Part shown: piece by piece, positions 43,344 to 53,081 of the stretch
Layout: each line of letters opens with the position of its first letter
How positions within the stretch are numbered: the stretch's first letter is position 1
DNA from: an uncultured Actinomycetes bacterium
GTDB taxonomy: Bacteria; Actinomycetota; Thermoleophilia; Gaiellales; F1-60-MAGs149
Assembly: GCA_963722525.1 (NCBI GenBank)
Contig: CAVRMM010000002.1
Location: forward strand, 2,985,621-3,049,620
Reading direction: 5' to 3'
DNA: 64,000 nucleotides
Notes under the pieces: generated by a model
What the model was told of the DNA's origin: nothing
What the model saw: the letters and a program-made list of their open reading frames with translations, nothing else
The model's database searches: none
Translations under genes and position numbers: made by a program

Positions 43344-44195
43344 CGGATCGCTCCCAGCACCTCGGCTGCGAGGGCCACCGGATCGGCGCCGTCGGCCTGC
43401 TCGAGCGAGATCATGCCGTCGCGGTCGGCGTAGGCGATCAGCCGCCACTGACAGTCGCCGATGCGCACGGCGTGCGCGGCGACCGGCACGGTGCAGCCGC
43501 CGGCCAGCGCCCGCGTGACGGTGCGCTCGGCCTGCAGCGCGAGGGCGCTGTCGGCGTGCTCGGCGCCGGCCACGAGCTGCTCCTCGCCCGCCCGCACCTG
43601 CAGCACGACGATGCCCTGGCCCGACTCGGGCGGCATCTCGTACGGCTCGATGCGGAAGCCGATCTCGTCGCCGAGGTCGAGGCGGTCGAGGCCGCAGGCG
43701 GCGAGGATCACGGCGTCGAGGCCGCGCTCGGTGCGCTTGCGCAGCCGCGTGTCGACGTTGCCGCGCACCGGCTCGATGCGCAGGTCGGGGCGCAGCCGGG
43801 CGAGCTGCGAGCTGCGCCGCAGGGACGAGGTGGCGACGCGCGCGCCCTCCGGCACCTCGGCCCAGGATCGCGCCGGCCCGCACCCATGCGTCGCGCGGGT
43901 CGGCGCGCTCCAGGCAGGCGCCGATCGCGAGCCCGTCGCCCTCCTCGCCCGTGAGGTCCTTCGCGGAGTGCACGGCCACGTCGACGCGACCGTCGCGCAG
44001 CGCCGCCTCGATCTCGGTCGCGAAGATGCCGCGGCCGCCGATCTCGGCGAACGTCCGGCGCCGGTCGCGGTCGCCCTGCGTCGACAGCGGCACCAGCGCC
44101 ACGGTGTGCCCGAGCGCGCGCAGCGCCGTCGCCGCGAGCTCGGCCTGCACCATCGCGAGCCGCGACGCCCGCGTGCCGATGCGCACCTGGGTCAA
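43340..44195 (-). CDS. hemC: Hydroxymethylbilane synthase (frameshift near 43870)
   Basis: IGTR.SRLA..QA, T.GD, AVHSAKD, TSSLRR, RGNVDTRL.K, GGCTVP. Confidence 0.93.
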
Positions 44196-45433
44196 CTCGG
44201 ACCGAGGTCGAACAGGTCGCGCACCGTCTGGGCGAACTCCGGGCCGTCCTTCATGCGGACGGTGGGCTCGTGCAGCAGCTTGTTCACGATCGAGCGGGTG
44301 AGCTGCTCCATCACGGCCCGGTCACGGGGCGTCAGGTTCTCGAAGCGGCCGCTCACGCGGTCGAGCTCCTCGAGCCGGATCGTCTCGGCCAGCGCGCGCA
44401 GCCCGGTGATCGCCGGCACGACGTCGAGCGACGTGAACCAGCGCTGGAACTCGGCGGCGCGCACGGCGACGATCTCCTCGCCGGCCACGGCCTCGCCCTC
44501 GCGGGCCGAGCGGTTCTGCGCGGCGACCGACTCCAGCGCGTCGATGTCGTACAGGGCGACGCCGGCGAACGCACGGATGGCCGGGTCGATGTCGCGCGGC
44601 ACGGCCAGGTCGATGGCCAGCAGCGGCCGGCTGCTGCGGTCGCCGACCAGATCGGGCGTGACCAGGTGGTGCGGCGCATGGGTGGCCGAGACGACGACGT
44701 CGGCACCCGCCAGCTCCTGCTGCAGCCGGTCCATGGTGACGGCCGTACCGCCGAAGCGCTCGGCGAGGTCGACGGCGCGATCGACGGTGCGGTTGACGAC
44801 GCGCACCGAGCCGGCGCCGCGGGCGACGAGGCTGGTGACGACGACCTCGGCGGTCTGGCCGGCGCCGATCACCAGCACCGTGGCGCCGTCGAGCCGCCCC
44901 AGCGTCTGGTCGGCGAGGCCCGCCGCGACGCTGCCGACGGAGACGGCGGTGCGGCCGACGGCGGTCTCGTTGCGCACGCGGCGCGCCGTCTCGATGGCCG
45001 ACTCGAAGAGCCGCGAGAGGATGGGGCCCGCCGTGCGCTCGACGCGCGCCAGCGCCAGCGCCTCGCGCACCTGGCCGAGCACCTCGGCCTCGCCCTTGAC
45101 GACGGCGTCGAGGCCGGCGGCGACGCGGTAGATGTGCTGCGCCGCGTGCTCGCCGCGGTGGATGAAGAAGGTCGAATCGGGCACCGGGTCGTGCTCGCCC
45201 GCGATGGCGCGCAGCTCGGCGACGCCCACCTCGGCCAGGTGCGCCGCGTCGCGACCGACCAGGTACAGCTCCGTGCGGTTGCAGGTCGAGACGGCGATCG
45301 CCTCGTCGGCGTCGCCGGTCTGCGTGACACCGGCGACGAGGCAGCGGTTGCGGGCGCTGGTGAGCGCCAGCCGCTCGCGCACCTCGACCGGTGCGGTGCG
45401 GAACGACGCCCCGACGACGAGGTGAACGGTCAC
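44192..45433 (-). CDS. hemA: Glutamyl-tRNA reductase
   Basis: TAPVEVRE, STCNRTE, GLD.VV.GE.E.LGQ, IGAG, NRT, DLAVPRDI, KLLHEPT. Confidence 0.93.
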   Translation of the reverse strand: MTVHLVVGASFRTAPVEVRERLALTSARNRCLVAGVTQTGDADEAIAVSTCNRTELYLVGRDAAHLAEVGVAELRAIAGEHDPVPDSTFFIHRGEHAAQHIYRVAAGLDAVVKGEAEVLGQVREALALARVERTAGPILSRLFESAIETARRVRNETAVGRTAVSVGSVAAGLADQTLGRLDGATVLVIGAGQTAEVVVTSLVARGAGSVRVVNRTVDRAVDLAERFGGTAVTMDRLQQELAGADVVVSATHAPHHLVTPDLVGDRSSRPLLAIDLAVPRDIDPAIRAFAGVALYDIDALESVAAQNRSAREGEAVAGEEIVAVRAAEFQRWFTSLDVVPAITGLRALAETIRLEELDRVSGRFENLTPRDRAVMEQLTRSIVNKLLHEPTVRMKDGPEFAQTVRDLFDLGPS

Positions 45434-45585
45434 GCGTCGCGCTCCTCGAGTGCCTTCTCGATGCGGTCGAGATCGGCCTCGATCCGTGCCACCTTGGATC
45501 CGATCAGCGCCATGTAGACGAGGATCGCGATCCACGTCAGCAGATACACGGCCGCGACGTACTCGATGGCGGTTCGAAGCGTCAC
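45430..45585 (-). CDS. Small CcmD-like membrane protein (51 aa; not in ORF track)
   Basis: Hand translation: VTLRTAIEYVAAVYLLTWIAILVYMALIGSKVARIEADLDRIEKALEERDA; TM helix plus charged tail; directly after ccmC; stop overlaps hemA GTG. Confidence 0.75.
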   Translation of the reverse strand: MTLRTAIEYVAAVYLLTWIAILVYMALIGSKVARIEADLDRIEKALEERDA

Positions 45586-46282
45586 AGGTCGGTGCCCTCC
45601 AGGCGGCGCCGCAGCTCGCGGGCGCGCAGCGCGACTCGTTTACCGCGCAGCTCGAGCTGGATCATGCCGCTGCCGAGGCACAGCATGCCCGAGCAGGGCG
45701 ACGACGAAGGTCAGGAACATGTCGCCCGTCATCGCCGCGCCGTCCGACGTGAAGACGGTCGGATGGATGAGCGTCTGGCCGATGCGCACCGCCAGGATCG
45801 AGAGCGGGATCAGCCCGACGCCGAGCAGCGTGTAGACCGCCGAGTAGCTGCGTCCGCTGCTCGCCCTCGTCGACCGAGAACCGCAGCATGAAGTACGCGC
45901 AGTAGTAGAGGAACAGCACCAGGAAGACGTTGAGCTGACGGTCGGACCAGTTCCACCAGACGCCCCACGAGACCTTCGCCCAGATGCCGCCCGTGAGCAG
46001 CACGAGCGTGCCGAAGATCGAGCCGACGTGGACCCCCACGTACGAGCGCAGGTCCCACTTCGGGTCGCGCGTGCGCAGGTACATCGCCGCGCAGACCGCG
46101 CCGAAGGCGAACGCGGCGTACGTGGTCAGCGCGATCGGGACGTGGAAGTAGAAGATGCGCTGCGAGTAGCCCTGGTCGGCGTCATCGGGAACCCACCACG
46201 CGGCCAGCCCCACGGCAAGGGGGATCAGGAGCCCGCTCAACACCACCCACGAGGCACCTGGAAACCGTAGAACTGCAGGCAA
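45582..46282 (-). CDS. ccmC: Heme chaperone loading protein CcmC (frameshifted)
   Basis: QG..QRIFYFHVP, TGGIWAK.SWG.WW.W.D.. WWD motif, later HP motif. Confidence 0.88.
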
Positions 46283-46283
46283 T

Positions 46284-46946
46284 TCACTCTCCCGAGAGAT
46301 GCTCGAACGTGCCCCAGGCGAGGCTCGTGAACACGACATTGAACACGACTAGGAATTCCAACGCTCTGATCGAGCCGCCCCCGTCGGGGAACGCCCCCAG
46401 CGTAGCGGTTACCGCGCCGATCACGAGTGGTATGGATAGCGGGAGGAAGAGCACGGGCAGCAGCACGTCGCGCGCGCGGGTGGCCTGTGCCAGCCCGGCC
46501 ACCAGCACGCCGACCGCGGCGAGGCCGATGTTGGCGAGCAGCACGGCCGCGATCACGGGCAGCGGGTCGGGGCCCTGCTCGCCGAAGAAGAACAGCCAGA
46601 AGGCCGGCAGCGCGACTGCCTCCATGATCAGCAGGAAGGCGACCTGCGCCAGCACCTTGCCGAGCCAGATGGCTGCCCGGTCGATCGGCGCCAGCTGCAG
46701 CGCGTCGAGCGCGCCCTCCTCCTGGTCGGCCGTGAAGCAGCGGTTCAGCGACAGCACGGCGGTGAACAGGATCGCCGCCCACAGCATGCCGGCGGCGGCC
46801 TTCTCCTCCGTGCCGGCGCCGGCGATCGCGAAGTGCACGATCACGAGCGTCGACATGACGTACTGCACCATCGCCAGCACGACCTCGCGCCGGCGCACCT
46901 CGAGCAGGAGGTCCTTGCGCGCCAGCGTCACGGCGTCGCGGATCAC
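46284..46946 (-). CDS. ccmB: Heme exporter permease CcmB
   Basis: KDL.LE.R, F..D.EEG.LD.L.L.P, I.LGK, LLPVL.LPL.IP. Confidence 0.92.
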   Translation of the reverse strand: MIRDAVTLARKDLLLEVRRREVVLAMVQYVMSTLVIVHFAIAGAGTEEKAAAGMLWAAILFTAVLSLNRCFTADQEEGALDALQLAPIDRAAIWLGKVLAQVAFLLIMEAVALPAFWLFFFGEQGPDPLPVIAAVLLANIGLAAVGVLVAGLAQATRARDVLLPVLFLPLSIPLVIGAVTATLGAFPDGGGSIRALEFLVVFNVVFTSLAWGTFEHLSGE

Positions 46947-47575
46947 GCGACGACCTCGCCGTGCACCAGCTGCACGACCCGGTCGGCGTGGCGCGCCGCG
47001 AACTGCTCGTCGTGCGTCGCGGCGAGCATCGTCACGCTGCCGCGCAGACGCGTCAGCACGCCGTCCAGCAGCGCGGCACCCTCGTGGTCGAGGCCCGTCG
47101 CCGGCTCGTCCAGCAGCAGCAGACCGGGCTCCGTGACCAGGATGCGCGCCAGCGCCAGGCGCTGCAGCATGCCGCGCGAGAAGCCATCGATGCGATCACC
47201 GCCGCGATCGCCCAGCCCGACCTCGGTCAGGGCCGCGGCGACCGTCTCGGGCGGCCGGCGGTAGAGGCGGGCGAACAGCGTCAGGTTCTCGTCGGCGGTC
47301 AGCCCGCGGTAGGCGAGCGCGCGGTGGCCGAGGTAGCCGATCGCGCCGCGCGACCGGCGATCGAGCTCGACCGCCGGGATCCCGTCGATCAGCGCGGCCC
47401 CGGCGGTGGGACGGACGAGGCCGGCCACCACCCGCAGCGCCGTCGACTTCCCCGAGCCGTTCGCGCCCATCAGCGCCGTCGACGTGCCGCCCTCGACTGC
47501 GAACGAGACGCGCCGCAGGGCGATGCGCTCGCCGAACCGTTTCGAGCAGCCGACCAGCTCGACGGCGGGTGCCAC
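46943..47575 (-). CDS. ccmA: Heme exporter ATP-binding subunit CcmA
   Basis: GANGSGKST, YLGH...Y..LT..ENL, FSRGM.QR, LDEP.TGLD; adjacent to ccmB. Confidence 0.88.
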   Translation of the reverse strand: MAPAVELVGCSKRFGERIALRRVSFAVEGGTSTALMGANGSGKSTALRVVAGLVRPTAGAALIDGIPAVELDRRSRGAIGYLGHRALAYRGLTADENLTLFARLYRRPPETVAAALTEVGLGDRGGDRIDGFSRGMLQRLALARILVTEPGLLLLDEPATGLDHEGAALLDGVLTRLRGSVTMLAATHDEQFAARHADRVVQLVHGEVVA

Positions 47576-47578
47576 CGG

Positions 47579-48433
47579 CTACCGGACCGCGACGTCGCCG
47601 ATGACGGCGGCCAGGTAGATCCCCGCGAGGATCGCGTTCACGTTGAAGAAGGCGGCGTTGACGCGCGACAGGTCGTCCGGCTTCACGATCGCATTCTCGT
47701 ACGCCAGCAACGCGGCGCAGATGACGACGCCGATCCAGTAGATGACGCCCACGCCGAGCGCGAGCCCGGACAGGATCATGAACACCACCGCCAGGGCGTG
47801 GAACACGCGGCAGAGGGTCAGGCCCGCGGCGATGCCGTAGTCGGCCGGTATCGAGTGCAGCCCCTCCCGGCGATCGTGCTCGTAGTCCATCGTCGCGTAG
47901 ATGACGTCGAACCCGGCGATCCAGAAGCACACGACGCCGCCGAGCAGGAAGGCCTTCGGGTCGACGTCGTTCGTGATCGCCACCCAGGCGCCGACCGGGG
48001 CCAGGCCGTCGACCGCGCCCAGCCACAGGTGGCAGAGCGGCGTGAAGCGCTTCAGATACGGGTAGATCACGAACGCGATCACGGGGATCGGGGCGAGCCA
48101 GCGCGTGATCGGTGCGAGCTGTGAGACGGCAAGCGCGAAGATCGCAAGTGACACGAGGCAGAAGGCGATCACCTGCATCCGCGACAGCAGCCCGGCGGGG
48201 ATCTCGCGCCGGGCGGTGCGCGGATTGCGGGCGTCGATCTCGGCATCGACGAGGCGGTTCAGCGCCATCGCCAGCGACCGCGCCCCGGCCATGGCGACGG
48301 TGATCCAGAAGAGGTCGGCGAACGACGGCCGGCCGTCGACGGCGAAGATGGCGCCGACGTACGCGTAGGGCAGCGCGAACAGCGTGTGCTCGAGGCGGAT
48401 CAGCGACGAGAGCCGGCGCGCGACGACGGTCAC
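47579..48433 (-). CDS. mqnP: UbiA-family prenyltransferase, MqnP-like
   Basis: EHTLFALP, NRLVD..ID..NPRT..RE.P.G, YPYLKRFT, W.AGFD.IYA..D, AFFNVN. Confidence 0.82.
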   Translation of the reverse strand: MTVVARRLSSLIRLEHTLFALPYAYVGAIFAVDGRPSFADLFWITVAMAGARSLAMALNRLVDAEIDARNPRTARREIPAGLLSRMQVIAFCLVSLAIFALAVSQLAPITRWLAPIPVIAFVIYPYLKRFTPLCHLWLGAVDGLAPVGAWVAITNDVDPKAFLLGGVVCFWIAGFDVIYATMDYEHDRREGLHSIPADYGIAAGLTLCRVFHALAVVFMILSGLALGVGVIYWIGVVICAALLAYENAIVKPDDLSRVNAAFFNVNAILAGIYLAAVIGDVAVR

Positions 48434-48909
48434 AGGTGCTCCGTCGGCGCCTGTCGCAGCAGCTTCAGCGCGTGGTCGAGCACGGGCTCGACGACGGCGA
48501 AGTTCTCGGCGCACGCCTTCGGGCTACCGGGAAACGACAGCACCAGCGTCGTGCCGCGGATGCCGGAGACGCCGCGCGTCAGCATGCCGTGCGGCTTCAC
48601 CGCCATCGACGCGGCGCGCATGGCCTCGTCGATGCCGGGGGCCAGGCGGTCGAACAGCGGCCGCAGGGCCTCGGGCGTCACGTCGCGCGGGGCGAAGCCG
48701 GTGCCGCCGGTGACCAGCACCAGCGCCGTCTCGGCGTCGCACAGCTCGGTCACCGCGGCGCGGATCTGGTCGACCTCGTCGGCCACGACGCGGCGGTCGC
48801 CGACCTCGAACCCGGCGTCGCGGGCGGCCGTCTCGAGCACGGCGCCCGAGGCGTCGTCGCGCTGACCGTGGAACACCCCGTCGGAGACCGTCACGACGGC
48901 GGCTCTCAC
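48430..48909 (-). CDS. MogA/MoaB molybdopterin adenylyltransferase
   Basis: VTVSD, D.SG, TGGTGFAPRDVTPEA, PGSPKA. Confidence 0.92.
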   Translation of the reverse strand: MRAAVVTVSDGVFHGQRDDASGAVLETAARDAGFEVGDRRVVADEVDQIRAAVTELCDAETALVLVTGGTGFAPRDVTPEALRPLFDRLAPGIDEAMRAASMAVKPHGMLTRGVSGIRGTTLVLSFPGSPKACAENFAVVEPVLDHALKLLRQAPTEHL

Positions 48910-49358
48910 GCCGGCCGCTCCCAGTCGCCCGACTTGCCGCCCGACTTCGAGACCAGGCAGATGTCGTCGATCGTCATCGCCGGATCGAGCGACTTGCACA
49001 TGTCGTGCACGCACAGCGCGGCGGCCGCGGCGGCGCACAGCGCCTCCATCTCGACGCCGGTCTGGTGCGTGGTCTCGGCCGCCGTCGTGACGCGGACGTA
49101 GCCGGCGGCGCGGTCGATCTCGAGGTCGACCGCGACGTGCGTCAGCAGCAGCGGATGGCACAGTGGCAGGATCTGCGGCGTCGACTTGGCGGCCATGATG
49201 CCGGCCACCCGCGCCGTGGCCAGGACGTCGCCCTTCGGCATCGTCCCGTCCTCGAGCCGCGCCAGCACCTCGTCCGCAATCTGCACCCGGGCTCGCGCCA
49301 CGGCCCGGCGCCGGGTCGTCGGCTTGTCGCCGACGTCGATCATGCGGACGTCCGTCAT
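48906..49358 (-). CDS. moaC: Cyclic pyranopterin monophosphate synthase
   Basis: RMIDV..K, KGDVL..AR.AGI.AAK, LPLCHP, TGVEMEAL, DMCK, KSGGKSG. Confidence 0.95.
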   Translation of the reverse strand: MTDVRMIDVGDKPTTRRRAVARARVQIADEVLARLEDGTMPKGDVLATARVAGIMAAKSTPQILPLCHPLLLTHVAVDLEIDRAAGYVRVTTAAETTHQTGVEMEALCAAAAAALCVHDMCKSLDPAMTIDDICLVSKSGGKSGDWERPA

Positions 49359-49432
49359 GCCTCGTAGTGTGCCGAATCCCCCGAGTGGGGTAGGCGGACC
49401 GTGTGAGACAGGGTCGATCCTCGTAGTTACCG

Positions 49433-52384
49433 ATGCGACGCGTCCTCCTCTCACTCTCCGTGCTTGTCCTCGCCGCCCCGGGAGTGGCTGCGGCCGCTCC
49501 GAAGGCGCCGATGCCGGTCAGCCCCGCCAACGGGGCGACCACCCAGTATCTGCCTGCACTCGGCTGGAAGGCCGTGTCCGGTGCCGACCACTACGTCTAC
49601 CAGCTCGCCGCTGACGTCGGGTTCAACTCGCCCGTGAACGTGTCCGGCGCGAGCGTCCTGGAGACGAACAACACGTGGGCGTCCTTCAAGACGGCGGTCC
49701 CGAACGGCAAGTACTACTGGCACGTGCGGGCGGTGGACAGCGCGGGCAAGGTCTCGCCCTGGTCGGCGCCGCGGGTCTTCTACAAGACGTGGCGCGGTGA
49801 CACCACGGTGATCTCGCCCGGCGACGGCGCGACGATCCAGTTCCCGACGACGCCCACGCTGAAGTGGACGCCGGTCACCGGTGCCGCGAAGTACGAGTAC
49901 ACCATCGCGTCGGATCCCGATCTCTCCTCGCTGGACGGCAAGCCGGCCAAGGCCGTCGAGACCGACGCGTCGTCGTTCACTGTCGCCACGGGCCTGAGCG
50001 CCGGATCGACCTACTACTGGTCGGTGACGCCGATCGACGGCGCCGGCAACCGCGGCACCGCGCCGGACGAGCCGTGGCGGTTCACGTGGAAGTGGGTCTC
50101 CACGACGCACCTCACGTTCGAGGACATGGCGCCGGCCGCCGACGTCGTCGACCCGCGCTTCTCGTGGGATCCGATCCCGAACGCCGCCCGGTACGACGTC
50201 GAGATCAACTCCGACTCCACCTTCGCGGTCGGCTCGAAGTTCTGCTGCACCACGCCGACCGTCGCCACGACGCTGACGCCGACCACCGTGCTGCTCAACA
50301 ACCGGTACTACTGGCGCGTCCGCGGCATCGACGCCGACGGCAACTTCGGACAGTGGAACTACTGGCAGAACCCGACCACGCACGAGAACTTCTTCCGCAA
50401 GACGTTCGACACGCGCGATCCCGGTGACTTCAACCCGGCCATCCAGAACCTGCGCATGGTCGACAACCTGAGCGACCCGGACGGCACCGGCGCCGACTTC
50501 GACGAGAACACCGACGGCTACCAGACCCAGGTCCCGATCGTGACGTGGGATCCGGTGCTCGGCGCCTCGGGCTACGAGGTCGACGTGCGGTACTTCACCG
50601 GCGGCGGCTGCTCGGCATCCGATCTCTCGCAGTGGTGGAACGTCACCGTCGGCACGAATGCCTGGACGCCGCTCGGCCCCAACCCCGACGACGAGCCGTG
50701 GCAGAACCACGGCCGCAGCCTCGCCCACGACGGCAGCAAGTCGCTCGAGGTCGGGAACGCCTACTGCGTCCGCGTCCGCGCGTACACCGACAAGGGCTAC
50801 GACCAGCACCGCATCCTCCACGACGTGGTCGGCGACTGGACGTACCTCGACAACGGCCTGGATCCGAACGCGAACGACGCCGTGTCCTTCCAGTTCGTCG
50901 GCTACCCCGACGACACGGCGTGCACCGATGTGCAGCCGGATTACACCTGCTCCGCCGCCTACCCCCAGGACGGCGACTACCTGCTGCCCCAGTACGGCTC
51001 GTCGGTCTCGCAGACGCCGTACTTCACGTGGAACCCGACGCCGCGCGCGCAGGGCTACTTCGTGCTGGTCTCGCGTGACCCGAACTTCACGACGGTGGTC
51101 GACTACGCCTGGGTGCGCGGGCCGGCCTACGCGCCCCGGTACGCGGCCAGCGCGACGACCTACGCGGACGAGACGACCGGCTACTACTGGGCCGTGCTGC
51201 CGTCCGCCTACCCGAACGGCATCAACGTCCTGGTGAATCCGCTGCTCGCGAACCCGACGGTGTTCGACAAGGAGTCGGCGCCGCCGGTGCTGGCCGGCCC
51301 CACGGGCGGCCATGCGGTCAACCTGCGGCCGACCTTCACCTGGGCGCTCGCGCACTGGGCGCGCACGTACACGCTCCAGGTCGCGACCGATCCCCTGTTC
51401 TCCGATCTGGTGGAGACCGTCGAGACGGCCTCCAGCTCCTACACGCCGGAGAACAGCTACCCGGCCGACCAGAGCCTCTACTGGCGCGTCCGCTCGAACG
51501 ACTGGAACGACGTCGCGCTGACGTGGTCGCCGAGCCAGTACTTCCGGCTCCAGCGGACGCCTCCGGTGCCGTCGCCGTCGAACCTCGCCGCCTCGGAGCT
51601 CGTGCCGACGTGGACGTGGGCGCCGGTCCAGGGCGCCGTGTCCTACGACGTCGAGGTGCAGTATCCGAACGGCAGCAAGAAGCTGCTGAAGGGCTTCCGG
51701 GCGGCGGCGTTCACGCCGAGCAAGCTCGACGGCACGGGGATCTGGCACTGGAAGGTGCGCGCGAACTTCCCGACCAAGAGCCCGACCACCACGATCCAGG
51801 GCCCCTGGAGCGGGTCGATCGCCTTCCGCAACTCGATGTCGGCGCCGAAGAACGTGCGCACGCCATCCCTCGGCAGCGGTGCGGTGTTCGCCTGGGATGC
51901 GAAGGTCGGCGCCGCCCACTACCAGGTCGAGGTCTCGACGCACCAGGACTTCGCCGGCCCGCTGGTCGAGAAGATCCAGGTTGACAGCCCGACGTACGCG
52001 CCGCTCTTCAAGAACGCCGTGTACAAGAAGGGCGGCCCGATGTACTGGCGCGTCGCCGCGGTCGACGACTCCGGCAACATCGGCGAGATGACGAAGGCGC
52101 TCGGCTTCAAGCTGCCGCTCGCGCTGAGGGTCTCCGCGGCCGGCCTGCTGCGCAAGAGCAAGACCGGCAAGCTGACGATCACCGTCACCGACGGGTCGCG
52201 CAATGCGATCCGCGGCGCGAAGGTGGTCATCACCGGCGCCGGCCTGAGGAAGAAGACGGTCTCGACGAAGTCCACCGGCAAGACCTCGACGCTGAAGCTG
52301 AAGCCGAAGTCGCGCTCGAAGATCACCATCACGGTGAGCAAGTCGGGCTATCGCACGACGATCTTCTCGTACTCCGTTCGCTGA
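49433..52384 (+). CDS. Large secreted protein with about 8 FN3-like repeats and Lys-rich C-terminal domain
   Basis: Signal peptide; eight W.(P/A)V.GA..Y ... YYW.V(R) units; basic last about 90 aa. Confidence 0.85.
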   Translation: MRRVLLSLSVLVLAAPGVAAAAPKAPMPVSPANGATTQYLPALGWKAVSGADHYVYQLAADVGFNSPVNVSGASVLETNNTWASFKTAVPNGKYYWHVRAVDSAGKVSPWSAPRVFYKTWRGDTTVISPGDGATIQFPTTPTLKWTPVTGAAKYEYTIASDPDLSSLDGKPAKAVETDASSFTVATGLSAGSTYYWSVTPIDGAGNRGTAPDEPWRFTWKWVSTTHLTFEDMAPAADVVDPRFSWDPIPNAARYDVEINSDSTFAVGSKFCCTTPTVATTLTPTTVLLNNRYYWRVRGIDADGNFGQWNYWQNPTTHENFFRKTFDTRDPGDFNPAIQNLRMVDNLSDPDGTGADFDENTDGYQTQVPIVTWDPVLGASGYEVDVRYFTGGGCSASDLSQWWNVTVGTNAWTPLGPNPDDEPWQNHGRSLAHDGSKSLEVGNAYCVRVRAYTDKGYDQHRILHDVVGDWTYLDNGLDPNANDAVSFQFVGYPDDTACTDVQPDYTCSAAYPQDGDYLLPQYGSSVSQTPYFTWNPTPRAQGYFVLVSRDPNFTTVVDYAWVRGPAYAPRYAASATTYADETTGYYWAVLPSAYPNGINVLVNPLLANPTVFDKESAPPVLAGPTGGHAVNLRPTFTWALAHWARTYTLQVATDPLFSDLVETVETASSSYTPENSYPADQSLYWRVRSNDWNDVALTWSPSQYFRLQRTPPVPSPSNLAASELVPTWTWAPVQGAVSYDVEVQYPNGSKKLLKGFRAAAFTPSKLDGTGIWHWKVRANFPTKSPTTTIQGPWSGSIAFRNSMSAPKNVRTPSLGSGAVFAWDAKVGAAHYQVEVSTHQDFAGPLVEKIQVDSPTYAPLFKNAVYKKGGPMYWRVAAVDDSGNIGEMTKALGFKLPLALRVSAAGLLRKSKTGKLTITVTDGSRNAIRGAKVVITGAGLRKKTVSTKSTGKTSTLKLKPKSRSKITITVSKSGYRTTIFSYSVR

Positions 52385-52396
52385 TTTCCCTCACCG

Positions 52397-52435
52397 GGGC
52401 ACCGACGCCGCGCCAAGTGCGCAGCGTCGGTGCCC
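52397..52435 (+). terminator. Probable intrinsic terminator of the FN3-repeat gene
   Basis: 12-bp stem GGGCACCGACGC/GCGTCGGTGCCC just after the stop, followed by TGTTGTCGTT. Confidence 0.65.
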
Positions 52436-52443
52436 TGTTGTCG

Positions 52444-52488
52444 TTGGGGTCTGACCCCAATCGGAGGTTTTCGGGGGTCAGACCCCGA
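52444..52488. repeat. Inverted pair of REP-like palindromes GGGGTCTGACCCC / GGGGTCAGACCCC
   Basis: Each 13-mer is quasi-palindromic and the two are reverse complements. Confidence 0.75.
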
Positions 52489-52580
52489 TCACAGAACACG
52501 CGCAGAGGGCGCGCGGATCGCGCGACCTGTGACAGTGCGCGCGTGTTTCGATACGGACAATGCGTCATCCGCGCGACTGG

Positions 52581-52606
52581 ATTTGTCTGACTAAAGTCAG
52601 ACAAAT
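52581..52606. repeat. Perfect 12-bp inverted repeat ATTTGTCTGACT-AA-AGTCAGACAAAT
   Basis: Read directly; AT-rich; shares the GTCTGAC core with the REP-like pair. Confidence 0.8.
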
Positions 52607-52632
52607 TTGGCCGGGAGCACCGCGGTCGCGAG

Positions 52633-52664
52633 TGTCCGTTTCGGCACCGCGTGCGAAATCGGAC
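52633..52664. repeat. 32-nt hairpin repeat, copy 1
   Basis: TGTCCGTTTCGGCACCGCGTGCGAAATCGGAC, identical to 53050..53081. Confidence 0.9.
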
Positions 52665-53049
52665 ATCGCTGATCGGCGGCCTCGAGCTGCGCCAGGAGGG
52701 CTGCTTTGGGTGCCGCGGTGGGGGATGGGGTCAACGGCGTTGGGTGGGGTAGACGATGAAGCGTTCGGCGCTTGCGATGGGTGGCTGCTGCGTAGGAGCC
52801 GCACGTTGCCGCGTCTGCCTGGAGTGCGCGGAACGATCGCTCCGCTGCGATGTCGGCCGTAGGGCAAAGGAGCTGCAGGTCCGTGGTGCCGGCTCCAGGC
52901 GTGCGCGGGTGCAGCGTCGGCGGCGTGCAGCTCTATCGTCGGATACGGTGGTCAGCCGCAAGCGCGGAGGGGTCAGGAGGAGCGGCAGGCATCCACGCAA
53001 TACCTGATCCGCAACCGGGACTTGGCGGATCGCTGCCGCCGAGACCCGA

Positions 53050-53081
53050 TGTCCGTTTCGGCACCGCGTGCGAAATCGGAC
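53050..53081. repeat. 32-nt hairpin repeat, copy 2
   Basis: Identical direct copy; 10 nt past the cupredoxin stop, so could also act as its terminator. Confidence 0.9.

Noticed and set aside
46328-46349. Direct repeat TGAACACGAC x2 as a regulator site
   Set aside because: Explained by the repeated VVF peptide in CcmB; no match to a Rex-type palindrome
52633-53081. CRISPR array from the 32-nt palindromic repeats
   Set aside because: Only two copies, 385 nt apart, and no cas genes in the window
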